Program-made: the position numbers and the translations under genes
DNA from: a virus
Virus record (IMG/VR): IMGVR_UViG_3300033571_012928
Coordinates: 2,586 to 66,585 of that record
Direction: 5' to 3' (one strand)
Length of the DNA stretch: 64,000 bases
Part shown: positions 49,941-59,428 of the stretch, piece after piece
Layout of the letters: every line of letters starts with the position of its first letter
How positions within the stretch are numbered: the first letter of the stretch is position 1
The notes under the pieces: generated by a model
Databases searched by the model: none
What the model was told of the DNA's origin: nothing
Seen by the model: only the letters and a program-made list of their open reading frames with translations

Positions 49941-50228
49941 ATGTGGCGTATGTATAATTTTACTAAATATGCAATGATCCTAAGTGTAATAGGTATATTA
50001 GCTTATTATGCATTATTATTTGTAGATCATATGTCTCGTCCAGTACCTACCAAAACAATGCCAGTTGTTAGTAACTATGAAATTATAGATTCTACATGGA
50101 GTATTGAACCGGGACAGTTAAATACATTGCAGTTTGATTACTTATATTATGCCAAGACTCAATCAGGTATGAAGATTCGTACTTCAAGACTTATGAGTAT
50201 CGGAGATACAATTTTTATCAAACATTAA
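49941..50228 (+). CDS. small membrane protein
   Basis: N-terminal TM helix. Confidence 0.45.
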   Translation: MWRMYNFTKYAMILSVIGILAYYALLFVDHMSRPVPTKTMPVVSNYEIIDSTWSIEPGQLNTLQFDYLYYAKTQSGMKIRTSRLMSIGDTIFIKH

Positions 50229-50280
50229 TTTGGAAATACGAAAAGTATTCATTATCTTTATAACAAATAAAAAATAACAA
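50228..50280 (+). promoter_or_regulatory. class-A promoter-like element
   Basis: TTTGGAAATACGAAAAGTATTCATTATCTTTATAAC. Confidence 0.45.
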
Positions 50281-51432
50281 ATGAGCATAGTTCAAAATTC
50301 AAATGAATTCAACATTGCGGATGTAACCGCAACTTATTCAAGGTTACCGAAAGGTAATTATCTTCTTCGTTATGATCAGCGTAAGGGATATTATTTAACA
50401 AAGACTACAGATTTCAAATTGCCTAGTAAATTATATGGCGATCATGGTATTGTTGATAGATGGTTATCATCTTGGAATCATAATACTAACAAGAACATGG
50501 GTATTATTTTATCAGGTACTAAAGGTACTGGTAAAACTATTACCGCCCAGAAGTTTTGTTTAGATTCTGAGTTACCTGTTATTATCATTAACGAAGGATT
50601 TTCGGGTAGTGACTTTGTAGAATTTATAACCAATGAAGTTATGGGACAGTGTATCATTTTTATTGATGAGTTTGAAAAGGTTTATCCTAGATACAGTGGT
50701 AAAGCAGATGCATCTGATTTGTTATCTATCATGGATGGTAATTTCACTACCAGATTAGTATTTCTATTAACAGTTAATGAATTTGAAATCAGTGATTACT
50801 TGATTAATCGTTTAAGTCGTGTTAAGTATAGAAAAGACTACAATAACTTATCTGATGCAGATATGCAGGAAGTTATTAATGACATGCTCGATAATAAAGA
50901 TCATGCTGATAGTATCTATGAGTTCTTTGATACGGTAGGTATTAGAACGTATGACTTATTAACTAATTTGATTAAGGAAATGAACCTATTCAAAGAAGAT
51001 GCAATTGCAGTGGGTATGCATTTGAATCTTCAGCCATCACCTAAAAAGTATACAGTGTATGAATTGCATGATGGTACTGAATTTAGTTGTTATGAATGTG
51101 AGTATAAAGCTAAGACCGAATTGATTAGAATTGAGCGTAAGTCAATGAAATACTTAACAGCTAAAAGAATTGCATTAGGATTAGATGCTTCAGATGAGTA
51201 TGACGAAGATGAAGATGACGATGAATTGACATTGCCATCACTTGGCATTGAAGAAGAAAATGACGATAGTAATCCTAATGTAGTTTTAGATGCAATGGGT
51301 TGGGTAGCGAAGATGCGTAGAGAAGATTGTAAAATCGAACGTCATGGAGTTGATAATATTCTTATTACACATATTCCATCTGGGTGTGTATTTAGATTAA
51401 AAGAAGCTACTAAAACTTATATGGCTTTTTAA
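50281..51432 (+). CDS. AAA+ ATPase with acidic linker
   Basis: Walker A ILSGTKGTGKTITA, Walker B IIFIDEFEK; DEYDEDEDDDE tract. Confidence 0.65.
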   Translation: MSIVQNSNEFNIADVTATYSRLPKGNYLLRYDQRKGYYLTKTTDFKLPSKLYGDHGIVDRWLSSWNHNTNKNMGIILSGTKGTGKTITAQKFCLDSELPVIIINEGFSGSDFVEFITNEVMGQCIIFIDEFEKVYPRYSGKADASDLLSIMDGNFTTRLVFLLTVNEFEISDYLINRLSRVKYRKDYNNLSDADMQEVINDMLDNKDHADSIYEFFDTVGIRTYDLLTNLIKEMNLFKEDAIAVGMHLNLQPSPKKYTVYELHDGTEFSCYECEYKAKTELIRIERKSMKYLTAKRIALGLDASDEYDEDEDDDELTLPSLGIEEENDDSNPNVVLDAMGWVAKMRREDCKIERHGVDNILITHIPSGCVFRLKEATKTYMAF

Positions 51433-51434
51433 TT

Positions 51435-51797
51435 ATGAAAACGATTGCTTGTATTGCCCATGATGGTAAGAAACCTGAAATGGTTAGATTTGTTCATAAA
51501 CATCATGACATTCTTAAAAATTATAATCTTATTGCCACGGGCACTACGGGTACTCATATTGAACAAGTAGGTGACTTAACTGTCACAAAATACAAAAGCG
51601 GTCCGTTAGGTGGGGATGCACAAATTGCTTCGTTAGTTGTCGAAGGTAAAGTTGATTTGGTTGTATTTTTAGTTGATCCATTAGATGTGCATCCTCACCA
51701 GGTTGACGTAAGCATGTTAGTACGTATCTGCAATGTACACGACATTCCATTAGCTACAAATGTAGCAACTGCGGAACTGTTGTTAAAAGCTCTTTAA
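51435..51797 (+). CDS. mgsA: methylglyoxal synthase-like protein
   Basis: IATGTTG, SGPLGGDAQI, DPLDVHPHQVDV and LATNVATA each match E. coli MgsA (YATGTTG, SGPMGGDQQ, DPLNAVPHDPDV, VATNVATA). Confidence 0.75.
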   Translation: MKTIACIAHDGKKPEMVRFVHKHHDILKNYNLIATGTTGTHIEQVGDLTVTKYKSGPLGGDAQIASLVVEGKVDLVVFLVDPLDVHPHQVDVSMLVRICNVHDIPLATNVATAELLLKAL

Positions 51798-51854
51798 GAT
51801 TAAGTATACATTAATTTAGTAAATAGCATATACTAGTCGAATAGTTATATATAG

Positions 51855-52559
51855 ATGAAAACATTAGTTATATCAGATCTTCATATAGGATCAAAAGGAT
51901 GTCAAACGGAGGCTATTTTAAATTTACTATCAGATGAAACATATGACCGATACATATTAGTAGGTGATATTATCGATGGTTGGTTGTTTGTTAAGTATAA
52001 ACGATTTACATATGAACATGCTCGTGTAATTCGTAGACTACTTAAATTATCAAAAGACAAAGAAATTATTTGGATATCAGGCAATCATGATGAGTTCTTG
52101 CGTAAGTATTCTCCGTTAGAATTAGGTAACATTAAGATTGTAGATGAGTATACAGAACATGGCATATGGTTTTGTCATGGCGATATGTATGATGGAGTAG
52201 TTAAACTACATTGGTTAGGAGTATTAGGATCCGTTGGATATGATACGGCAATAGTAATAGATCGATGGTTAAAAAAATTAGGATACAAAAGAAGCTTATC
52301 TAAGTTTTTAAAGAAAAATGTAAAAGCTGCAGTTTCATTTATTGTTGATTTTGAAAATGAAATGGTTAGACAAGCTAAAAAGCGTCAGTGCCATACGATA
52401 GTATGTGGTCATTTACATAATCCTGAAGATAAAATAGTTAACGGAGTTCGTTATATCAATGATGGCGATTGGGTTGAAAATTGCTCTTATGTTGTGTATG
52501 AAACAAAAAAATACAATTTAGACAATCCAATACTAACATTATGTACTCAAAAAAATTAA
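51855..52559 (+). CDS. calcineurin-like metallophosphoesterase
   Basis: LVISDLHIGSKG, GDIIDGW, GNHDE, GHLHNP. Confidence 0.7.
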   Translation: MKTLVISDLHIGSKGCQTEAILNLLSDETYDRYILVGDIIDGWLFVKYKRFTYEHARVIRRLLKLSKDKEIIWISGNHDEFLRKYSPLELGNIKIVDEYTEHGIWFCHGDMYDGVVKLHWLGVLGSVGYDTAIVIDRWLKKLGYKRSLSKFLKKNVKAAVSFIVDFENEMVRQAKKRQCHTIVCGHLHNPEDKIVNGVRYINDGDWVENCSYVVYETKKYNLDNPILTLCTQKN

Positions 52560-53254
52560 CCATCGTAATACCAACGTACAATGAATCTAAATACATTGCA
52601 CGTACATTATTAGAAATTGTTAAACAATCTGGAACATATGGCGTGCAAATAATCATTGCCGATGCTAATTCTACCGACAATACTAGAAATGTAATTAAAG
52701 AAACAGCTAAAAAGTTAAAACTTAAAGTTAGAATTATCAAAGGCGGTATGCCAGCCGTTGGTAGAAATGCGGGAGCGGCACTAGCAACTACGCCATATGT
52801 ATTGTTTGTGGATGCAGATGTTAAGTTTACTAATAGATATGCTATTAAATCTGCAATGCAATGCATTGAAGAAGACTATGATATGGTTACTACCAATCCT
52901 GTATATGATGGCGAACCTGATATACGAGCACGTATCATGTTTATGATAAACAAGTATATTACATTGGCGATGTCTAAACATACTCCATTTGCTATAGGAG
53001 CATTTACATTGGTCAAGTTAAGTAAGTTTGTTGAGTTAGGTGGATATGATGTAAATGCATATCAAAGCGAAGATTGGCTTTTAAGTAAACAAGTAGCTAC
53101 AAATAAGTTTAAAGTAATTACTGATTTAATAACGCAGGATAATCGCAGATTTAAACGATTCGGATATATGGCTATGATTAAAATGTTATATTCAAATTGG
53201 ATCAATAGAAATAACATTAATCACTTTTACAAGGACAATGGTTACTGGAAATAA
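52541..53254 (+). CDS. GT2-family glycosyltransferase
   Basis: LTIVIPTYNESKYIARTL and VDADV DxD motif. Confidence 0.65.
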   Translation: MYSKKLTIVIPTYNESKYIARTLLEIVKQSGTYGVQIIIADANSTDNTRNVIKETAKKLKLKVRIIKGGMPAVGRNAGAALATTPYVLFVDADVKFTNRYAIKSAMQCIEEDYDMVTTNPVYDGEPDIRARIMFMINKYITLAMSKHTPFAIGAFTLVKLSKFVELGGYDVNAYQSEDWLLSKQVATNKFKVITDLITQDNRRFKRFGYMAMIKMLYSNWINRNNINHFYKDNGYWK

Positions 53255-53318
53255 AAGTTAACTTTTCGGTTGATCTTTTGAAATAATGATATTATCTTTA
53301 TATCATAATAAGAAAGAT
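53253..53318 (+). promoter_or_regulatory. class-B conserved intergenic promoter element
   Basis: AAAAGTTAACTTTTCGGTTGATCTTTTGAAATAATGATATTATCTTTATATCATAATAAGAAAG. Confidence 0.5.
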
Positions 53319-54044
53319 ATGCCAAGAATTTACAAAGTAGGTGGTTGCGTTAGAGATAGGTTATTAGAGATCGAATCTAAAGACATTGATTTTACCTTCG
53401 TATTAGACAACTTAGACAGAACCGTCGAAGAAGGTTTTGATATTATGACTAATTGGTTAGAACATAAAGAATTTACTATCTTTTTATCTACTCCAGAATG
53501 TTTTACTATTAGAGCTAAGTTTCCAAATGGTCATCAATACGAAGGAATGGTAGCTGATTTTGTATTGGCTCGTAAAGAAGTAGGATATGTACCTGGTACC
53601 AGAAGACCAATTTTAGAATTAGGTACGTTAGAAGATGACTTAAGGCGCAGAGACTTTACCTTAAATGCTTTAGCTGAAGATGAGGACGGAAACATTATTG
53701 ATTTGTTTGGAGGTATTGAAGATTTAAAGCGTGGTTATTTAAGAACACCATTACCATGTACCGATACTTTCAATGACGATCCGCTTCGTATTTTGAGAGC
53801 AATTCGTTTTTGTATTACTAAAGGATTTTGGATTGGACCTGCAATGGATGGAATTATCCAAGACTATGATTATGAAACTAAAATGACTGTAGTATCAATT
53901 GAACGGATCCGAGAAGAATTGTATAAGTGTTTCAAACATGATACTTTAAAGACTCTTAAAACATTACATGAGTATCCAGCTTTGAGAAACTATATTTTCG
54001 AATCAGGTGCATTGTGGTTGAAGCCAACCATGGAAAAAAGTTAA
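53319..54044 (+). CDS. Pol-beta-superfamily nucleotidyltransferase, CCA-adding enzyme / poly(A) polymerase head-domain-like
   Basis: MPRIYKVGGCVRDRLL equals the tRNA-NT GGxVRD motif; start moved from 53286 because the earlier ATG lies inside the promoter repeat. Confidence 0.55.
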   Translation: MPRIYKVGGCVRDRLLEIESKDIDFTFVLDNLDRTVEEGFDIMTNWLEHKEFTIFLSTPECFTIRAKFPNGHQYEGMVADFVLARKEVGYVPGTRRPILELGTLEDDLRRRDFTLNALAEDEDGNIIDLFGGIEDLKRGYLRTPLPCTDTFNDDPLRILRAIRFCITKGFWIGPAMDGIIQDYDYETKMTVVSIERIREELYKCFKHDTLKTLKTLHEYPALRNYIFESGALWLKPTMEKS

Positions 54045-54090
54045 CATTTCGGTTGTTTATATGAAACATTGATATTATCTTTATAGCGTA
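54035..54090 (+). promoter_or_regulatory. class-B conserved intergenic promoter element
   Basis: AAAAAGTTAACATTTCGGTTGTTTATATGAAACATTGATATTATCTTTATAGCGTA. Confidence 0.5.
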
Positions 54091-54711
54091 ATGATAGATA
54101 ATATAGATTTAATAAAACCTTTGCTCAATTTTGAAAATGACGGCGACTTTTATATGTTGTACGTATTCAAAAGAAAAAAGGATCAAGCAACCGATAAAGC
54201 AAATCATCAATCGGTGAGAACCATTAAGACATATGTAGTTGAAAGTATTGATTACCTGGAGAAAAGATATGATGAAATTAAACAGTTATGTGAAATGTTT
54301 AATGCTCGTGCTTATATTCATATCCAGAAACAAAATCACAAAGACGTTTCATTAGATATGTTAGTGGCTCTCGCCGAGAAGATCAAGAATGGCCAACATG
54401 TACAGACTCATTTATTTGATTCTGTAGTAGGTCAAATGAAGACCTATGAAAAGCGTTGGATCATTGACATTGACACTAAGTCTATTCATATACGAAACAT
54501 GATAGTGAATATTATCGAAAGTGTTAGACCAAATGATAATGGCAGTAAAATCGAAGCAACTATTCCTACCAAAAATGGTGTTCATTTGATTACTAGTAGA
54601 TTTGATGTTATGGAATTTAGTAAACAATTAACTCAACGAGGAGAAGAAGTTCCTGATATTCAAAAGAAGAATCCAACCTTACTTTATTTACCTAATTCTT
54701 TGGATAATTGA
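54091..54711 (+). CDS. hypothetical protein
   Basis: ORF. Confidence 0.5.
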   Translation: MIDNIDLIKPLLNFENDGDFYMLYVFKRKKDQATDKANHQSVRTIKTYVVESIDYLEKRYDEIKQLCEMFNARAYIHIQKQNHKDVSLDMLVALAEKIKNGQHVQTHLFDSVVGQMKTYEKRWIIDIDTKSIHIRNMIVNIIESVRPNDNGSKIEATIPTKNGVHLITSRFDVMEFSKQLTQRGEEVPDIQKKNPTLLYLPNSLDN

Positions 54712-54734
54712 AATAAATAACTTATATTAAAACT

Positions 54735-54953
54735 ATGATAACAAAAATATTACATATCATGTATGTACTAATGATATTGGTTTATTTAGTACTTGTTAGT
54801 AATTTCTTCATTGATGTGGCATTACCACTTATCAATATGGCTAGTACAGGTGCGGTATTTCTAGGAGCTGGTATGTTACTAGTGCCAGTACTGATAGTAC
54901 TAGTAGTAGCTGTTCTTCTTCCTAAGTACATTAAAACACATATTCTAAAGTAA
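54735..54953 (+). CDS. small membrane protein
   Basis: Two TM helices. Confidence 0.45.
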   Translation: MITKILHIMYVLMILVYLVLVSNFFIDVALPLINMASTGAVFLGAGMLLVPVLIVLVVAVLLPKYIKTHILK

Positions 54954-54957
54954 ATCT

Positions 54958-55386
54958 ATGGGAATTATTATTGTATTAGCAATCGCCGCGATGATCGCAC
55001 TTACTGTATTGTACATGTTCCAATTTTATGGAGACTTGGGTGGTAATAATGAAAAGCGAATCAAAGATGGCCTAGTTAAGGAACTAATAACAAAAGCAGT
55101 AAACCATCCGGATCCAGATTCATATGTTGTTAATAAGGATGCTGAAACTATTTTAATGCATAGATTTATAATTGAATCACACTATGAACAATTGTTTTGG
55201 TTTCCATATGTAGTAAAAAAACTACCATTAGATTTTCGACAAAGACAAACCGAAGATGACTGGGGAGGAACAGTAGGATATGTTACTAGATTCAGTAAAG
55301 ACTATTATCTTATCAAATCAATACTAAAAAAATCCAAAGCAAGTATTGAACAAACACAAAGACAAAAACTAAATTTAAACAAATAA
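54958..55386 (+). CDS. membrane-anchored hypothetical protein
   Basis: N-terminal TM helix. Confidence 0.45.
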   Translation: MGIIIVLAIAAMIALTVLYMFQFYGDLGGNNEKRIKDGLVKELITKAVNHPDPDSYVVNKDAETILMHRFIIESHYEQLFWFPYVVKKLPLDFRQRQTEDDWGGTVGYVTRFSKDYYLIKSILKKSKASIEQTQRQKLNLNK

Positions 55387-55388
55387 GA

Positions 55389-56240
55389 ATGAATCCATTA
55401 ATTAAGATTGCTGCTATACTAGGTATAGTATTAGTAGCGGGTTTCACAGTCATTGGTTTAGAAAGAATCGATGCAGGTCATGTAGGTATCAAAGTTAATT
55501 TGATTGGTACTGGTAAGGGAGTAGATAATGCAACCGAAGTTACAGGTTGGGTGTTCTATAACCGATTTACAACTAAAATTGTTGAGTTTCCGACATTTGT
55601 ACAGCATAAAGAGTACAAGAAAGAAGGAGATGTAGACGAGTCGTTTGTAATTAACTCTAAAGATGGATCGGAGTTTCATGTAGGTCCTTTATTAAACTAT
55701 TCAGTGCAGCGTGAGAAAGTTCCTTATATCTTTACTAAATATAGAGTTGAATTAGGTGCTATTGAAGCCGGATTTTTAAAGACTGCCATTTACGATGCAT
55801 TTAGAGTAGTAGCAAATAGTTATACCGCAGATGAATTAATTAGTAATAGAGAACAATTTGAAATTAAAGTTAGAAAGAACCTAGAAAGTCATTTATTACC
55901 TGAAGGATTTATATTAGCTCAATTTACATCTAATTTGGTTTATCCAGAAACATTCAAGAAAGCAATTGAAGCTAAGAACAATGCAGTTCAGACAGCATTG
56001 AGAGCTGAGAATGATGTTAAGACAGCAGAGGCACAGGCTAAGATTAAAATTGCTCAGGCAGAAGGTAATGCTCGAGCAATGTTAACGAATGCTAAGGCAG
56101 AGGCAGAAGCTAACAAATTGAAACAAACCACTTTGACCCCATTGTTATTGCAACAAATGTGGATTCAAAAATGGAATGGTGTATTGCCATCGACTCAATT
56201 AGGCGCTGGTACGAACATGATGTATAATTTAGGAAAGTAA
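55389..56240 (+). CDS. SPFH/Band-7 (prohibitin/HflK-like) membrane protein
   Basis: N-terminal TM, SPFH-like core, and C-terminal AEAQAKIKIAQAEGNARAM coiled coil typical of HflK/C. Confidence 0.6.
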   Translation: MNPLIKIAAILGIVLVAGFTVIGLERIDAGHVGIKVNLIGTGKGVDNATEVTGWVFYNRFTTKIVEFPTFVQHKEYKKEGDVDESFVINSKDGSEFHVGPLLNYSVQREKVPYIFTKYRVELGAIEAGFLKTAIYDAFRVVANSYTADELISNREQFEIKVRKNLESHLLPEGFILAQFTSNLVYPETFKKAIEAKNNAVQTALRAENDVKTAEAQAKIKIAQAEGNARAMLTNAKAEAEANKLKQTTLTPLLLQQMWIQKWNGVLPSTQLGAGTNMMYNLGK

Positions 56241-56257
56241 TTTAGTTACGTATTTGA

Positions 56258-56292
56258 AAGGCCTCGGAGAAATCCGGGGTCTTTTACTGTAT
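56258..56292 (+). terminator. intrinsic terminator
   Basis: GGCCTCGG-AGAAAT-CCGGGGTC hairpin followed by TTTTACT. Confidence 0.55.
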
Positions 56293-56340
56293 AATCGTTC
56301 GTCTAATGAACTTAACAAAGTTACGTGATAATTAGGAAAT

Positions 56341-56727
56341 ATGAATTTTTTTTTATATTTTTATAGTATGAGATTATTGCGATTAGACTTAACACGCAGG
56401 GGCTATGTAGAAGACTTTGAATTCTTTGAAACCAATGAACCTGACTTAGAAGCATTCTGTGAAATGCTATTCGATCAAGAACAAGAACATATTTTCGAAT
56501 CAACTGATGATCCGTCAGAAAAAATCTCGCGTCTAGATGAAATCGACTTTTATAGTTCAGAAACATATGCAGAGTTTTATTATGACGGTGGGTTTTGTTC
56601 TAGATTCTATCTAGTCGATCATAAAGACAATCAAGACTTGATTGAGGCTGCAAACAAAGAAAACATTGATAGTATTGAGTATCAGTATCTTAACGAAGTT
56701 ATGCAAAAAAAGTTGCAAAAAAGTTAA
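56341..56727 (+). CDS. hypothetical acidic protein
   Basis: ORF; start uncertain. Confidence 0.4.
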   Translation: MNFFLYFYSMRLLRLDLTRRGYVEDFEFFETNEPDLEAFCEMLFDQEQEHIFESTDDPSEKISRLDEIDFYSSETYAEFYYDGGFCSRFYLVDHKDNQDLIEAANKENIDSIEYQYLNEVMQKKLQKS

Positions 56728-56793
56728 CTTTTCGGTTGACCTTTTGAAGATTTGATATTATCTTTATATCATAATTAAGAAATAAGAAAGAAT
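56718..56793 (+). promoter_or_regulatory. class-B conserved intergenic promoter element
   Basis: AAAAAGTTAACTTTTCGGTTGACCTTTTGAAGATTTGATATTATCTTTATATCATAATTAAG. Confidence 0.5.
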
Positions 56794-57060
56794 ATGAAAA
56801 GCATTAAAAAATTAACCGTTAAGCCAGAAGTAGGATCAATCGTAATGTTCAAATCTGTAAATGGATTTAGAGAGGTAGTATTAACCAAAGTAGGTAAAAA
56901 ATTCGGATATGGACATATATTAATGTCTATGACTAATAATGGTCCAGTTATTGATAGTCGTTCTGAAATGAAAATTGAATTTGGTAACATGTATGCCGAA
57001 TCTGAAATGCCTAAAATTGCTGTTGGTAAATTGGCTGTAATCTTAAAGAACGCTAGATAA
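56794..57060 (+). CDS. hypothetical protein
   Basis: ORF immediately after a promoter element. Confidence 0.5.
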   Translation: MKSIKKLTVKPEVGSIVMFKSVNGFREVVLTKVGKKFGYGHILMSMTNNGPVIDSRSEMKIEFGNMYAESEMPKIAVGKLAVILKNAR

Positions 57061-57061
57061 T

Positions 57062-57340
57062 ATGAAAGCTAAACTTTTAAAGGCGTTTCGATCTAACATA
57101 GAATATAAGTTTACTAAGACTGGAGTATATGTTAGATACACAGACTCAGGTCATGCCGGTACCGGTGAGGTTACTAATTTAGATTCGATCTATAGCTTTA
57201 TTGCATTTGTATTAAAAACAAATGCTATGGATTCACTATTCGAATCATCGTTATTTAATATAGATTGGATCAAATATATGCGTCAGCATTATCAAAAACA
57301 CGAAAAAATTCGTAATGAATCATATTGGAATTCTATTTAA
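57062..57340 (+). CDS. hypothetical protein
   Basis: ORF. Confidence 0.5.
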   Translation: MKAKLLKAFRSNIEYKFTKTGVYVRYTDSGHAGTGEVTNLDSIYSFIAFVLKTNAMDSLFESSLFNIDWIKYMRQHYQKHEKIRNESYWNSI

Positions 57341-57395
57341 CATATATTTATATTAGACCTAAGGGCCAATTAATCATCTAAGGAGATTAAAAATT

Positions 57396-57821
57396 ATGAC
57401 ACACAGATTATTATTCAACACACCATTTGACATTCTTGTCAAGAACTTTTTCGAATCAAGTTCACCATTCGCTCCGGCAATTGATGCCAAAATTCCACAT
57501 CCAGTAGACATTTACGAAAACAACGAAGGTCTCTTTTTTGAGATTGCTTGTACAGGTCTAACTAAAGACCAAGTCGATCTTTCAATTGAAGGCGACGTAA
57601 TACGTATTAGCTATTCAAAAGAACATGATGACAAATGTTGTGACGTAGATGATTGCAACTATATTCACAAAGGCATAGCACGTAGATCATTCAATCTAGG
57701 TTACAAAGTAGCTTCTCGATATAATCTAGCTGACGCAGAAGCAGAAATGCAAAACGGATTGCTTAAGATTTATGTTCCATTTGCAAAAGAATCACAAACA
57801 AAACAGTTACGAATCAGATAA
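57396..57821 (+). CDS. small heat-shock protein (Hsp20/alpha-crystallin)
   Basis: ACD core VDIYENNEGLFFEIACTGL...DLSIEGDVIRI...GIARRSFNLGY...NGLLKIYVP; strong SD TAAGGAGATTAAAAATTATG. Confidence 0.8.
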   Translation: MTHRLLFNTPFDILVKNFFESSSPFAPAIDAKIPHPVDIYENNEGLFFEIACTGLTKDQVDLSIEGDVIRISYSKEHDDKCCDVDDCNYIHKGIARRSFNLGYKVASRYNLADAEAEMQNGLLKIYVPFAKESQTKQLRIR

Positions 57822-57851
57822 ACAAAGTTTAACATTAGCCTTTAGGTCGGT

Positions 57852-57885
57852 AGTGGGGTCGAAAGACCCCATTCTACTAGCTAGA
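57852..57885 (+). terminator. intrinsic terminator
   Basis: GGGGTC-GAAA-GACCCC hairpin followed by ATTCTACT. Confidence 0.5.
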
Positions 57886-57899
57886 AACTTTTTGAAACT

Positions 57900-57963
57900 T
57901 TTTTAACATTTCGGTTGGAAATACGAGATAATGATATTATCTTTATATCATAATAGAAATAAG
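57900..57963 (+). promoter_or_regulatory. class-A/B hybrid conserved promoter element
   Basis: TTTTAACATTTCGGTTGGAAATACGAGATAATGATATTATCTTTATATCATAATAGAAATAAG. Confidence 0.5.
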
Positions 57964-58194
57964 ATGAAAAATTATCAAGAATTATCCCAAAAGTATTTCA
58001 AGAAAGAAGATCGAGTTGAAGACAGTTATGATGCTTTAATGATCGTAGCTAGTAACTTAGCCGATATTCAATTTTTAGTTAAGGCTGGAATTGATGCAAC
58101 AGCGATTGCTAGTAAGATTGATTCACTTAAACAATTTGTAGTAGACCTTCGAATAGTAGAAAGAAAAAATGGAGCCAACGCAATTAGCAATTAA
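57964..58194 (+). CDS. hypothetical protein
   Basis: Start moved to the ATG after the promoter box. Confidence 0.45.
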   Translation: MKNYQELSQKYFKKEDRVEDSYDALMIVASNLADIQFLVKAGIDATAIASKIDSLKQFVVDLRIVERKNGANAISN

Positions 58195-58363
58195 ACATAT
58201 TTTAGAATGCCCTAATTGTGTAGAGGCAATTCGACAGCGACCTGATTGTGATTTCAAATCAGTGTTCGGTGCTTACTTAAGAGTTAGAAAAGGATTAGTC
58301 ATGCAACAACTTATAGATTGGGAACAAGTTACAAAAGACATTAAAAATGAATTACAAAAATAG
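58169..58363 (+). CDS. hypothetical small protein
   Basis: ORF. Confidence 0.4.
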   Translation: MEPTQLAIKHILECPNCVEAIRQRPDCDFKSVFGAYLRVRKGLVMQQLIDWEQVTKDIKNELQK

Positions 58364-58970
58364 TAAGTTTTATACTAAACAACCTTTCAAGGAAAGGTTC
58401 ATTGACTTTGCAAAAAGTTTATTGTTCTGGAAAGGACGTAAAAAAGGAATGATTCACACTCGCGATTTAAGGTGGGATGATTTACGTTACATATTCTTTC
58501 CTAAAGGATTTGAAGAAAAGTATGGATACTTGGGAACTAGTGTCTTTGAAAGAAGTCGTTACTTTAAAGCTATTTATCCATTAGTGTTAGCTATGGATTA
58601 TGAAGCAAAACCAAAATGGTGTCCAAGATGGTTTTTACGTTTTTTGGATGTATTCGGAAATGATAAGTCAATAGTTAGAGTTCGTAACTATAGGTTACAT
58701 GTGTTACTTACTAAGCTAACTAAAGGTATGAGGTTTATAGATTGGAAAACTAAATGGACAGATTACGATTTGCGAATCAGTATTTATGCTCCCGAGCATT
58801 TGCAAAATTTAGCTGATGATATTGAATCTGGATTTTATAGTAGAGGTAAACAAGAGGAATTAGTTGAAAAAATAAAAGCAATCGACCCTAATGCAAGTAT
58901 TATCTGGGGTAGTGTCGAACGACTTATGAAACAATTAGAAGAATTAGAACAAAATGATATTCACGGGTAA
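58347..58970 (+). CDS. hypothetical protein
   Basis: ORF. Confidence 0.5.
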   Translation: MNYKNSKFYTKQPFKERFIDFAKSLLFWKGRKKGMIHTRDLRWDDLRYIFFPKGFEEKYGYLGTSVFERSRYFKAIYPLVLAMDYEAKPKWCPRWFLRFLDVFGNDKSIVRVRNYRLHVLLTKLTKGMRFIDWKTKWTDYDLRISIYAPEHLQNLADDIESGFYSRGKQEELVEKIKAIDPNASIIWGSVERLMKQLEELEQNDIHG

Positions 58971-59220
58971 ATCAGCGGATGGAAGTGATGCATATCCAGT
59001 TAATGGAGTATACCTTTCACCGGACGGCGAACAATGGTCTAACATGCCATTTACAAAAGAAGATAAAATGTGGGATCAAATCTACAATCACCTAGCATCC
59101 AACTTAAGATCACCAAGAATGGAATATGAACTTATTCAACAAAAGAAATCAAAGTTGAGTAGAAGATTGCGAGATCATCTTGTATATTTAATGGAAAGTC
59201 ATGATGAAAGCGAAGTTTAA
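58954..59220 (+). CDS. hypothetical small protein
   Basis: ORF. Confidence 0.45.
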   Translation: MIFTGKSADGSDAYPVNGVYLSPDGEQWSNMPFTKEDKMWDQIYNHLASNLRSPRMEYELIQQKKSKLSRRLRDHLVYLMESHDESEV

Positions 59221-59428
59221 AGTAGGTGATAAGTTAGAGGCACTTGATTGGCATAAAGATGAGTATGGTCTTAAGTATGTAACTATTACGTCAATCAATG
59301 AAGATACCGAAGTGTATCATTGGGTGGCAAATGAAACTAAGTTTGACTTGGGAGGTAAAATCAGTTCAGGATACTTTTTTAAAGATGCAATAGAATACAA
59401 AGAAAATGAAAACAATATTATTAGGTGA
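59201..59428 (+). CDS. hypothetical small protein
   Basis: ORF. Confidence 0.45.
   Translation: MMKAKFKVGDKLEALDWHKDEYGLKYVTITSINEDTEVYHWVANETKFDLGGKISSGYFFKDAIEYKENENNIIR

Noticed and set aside
53286-53318. Track ORF starts MILSLYHN... at 53286 and 57931
   Set aside because: These ATGs lie inside the conserved promoter element (ATGATATTATCTTTATATCATAAT), so the shared 'MILSLYHN' N-termini are artefacts. True starts were moved to 53319 and 57964.
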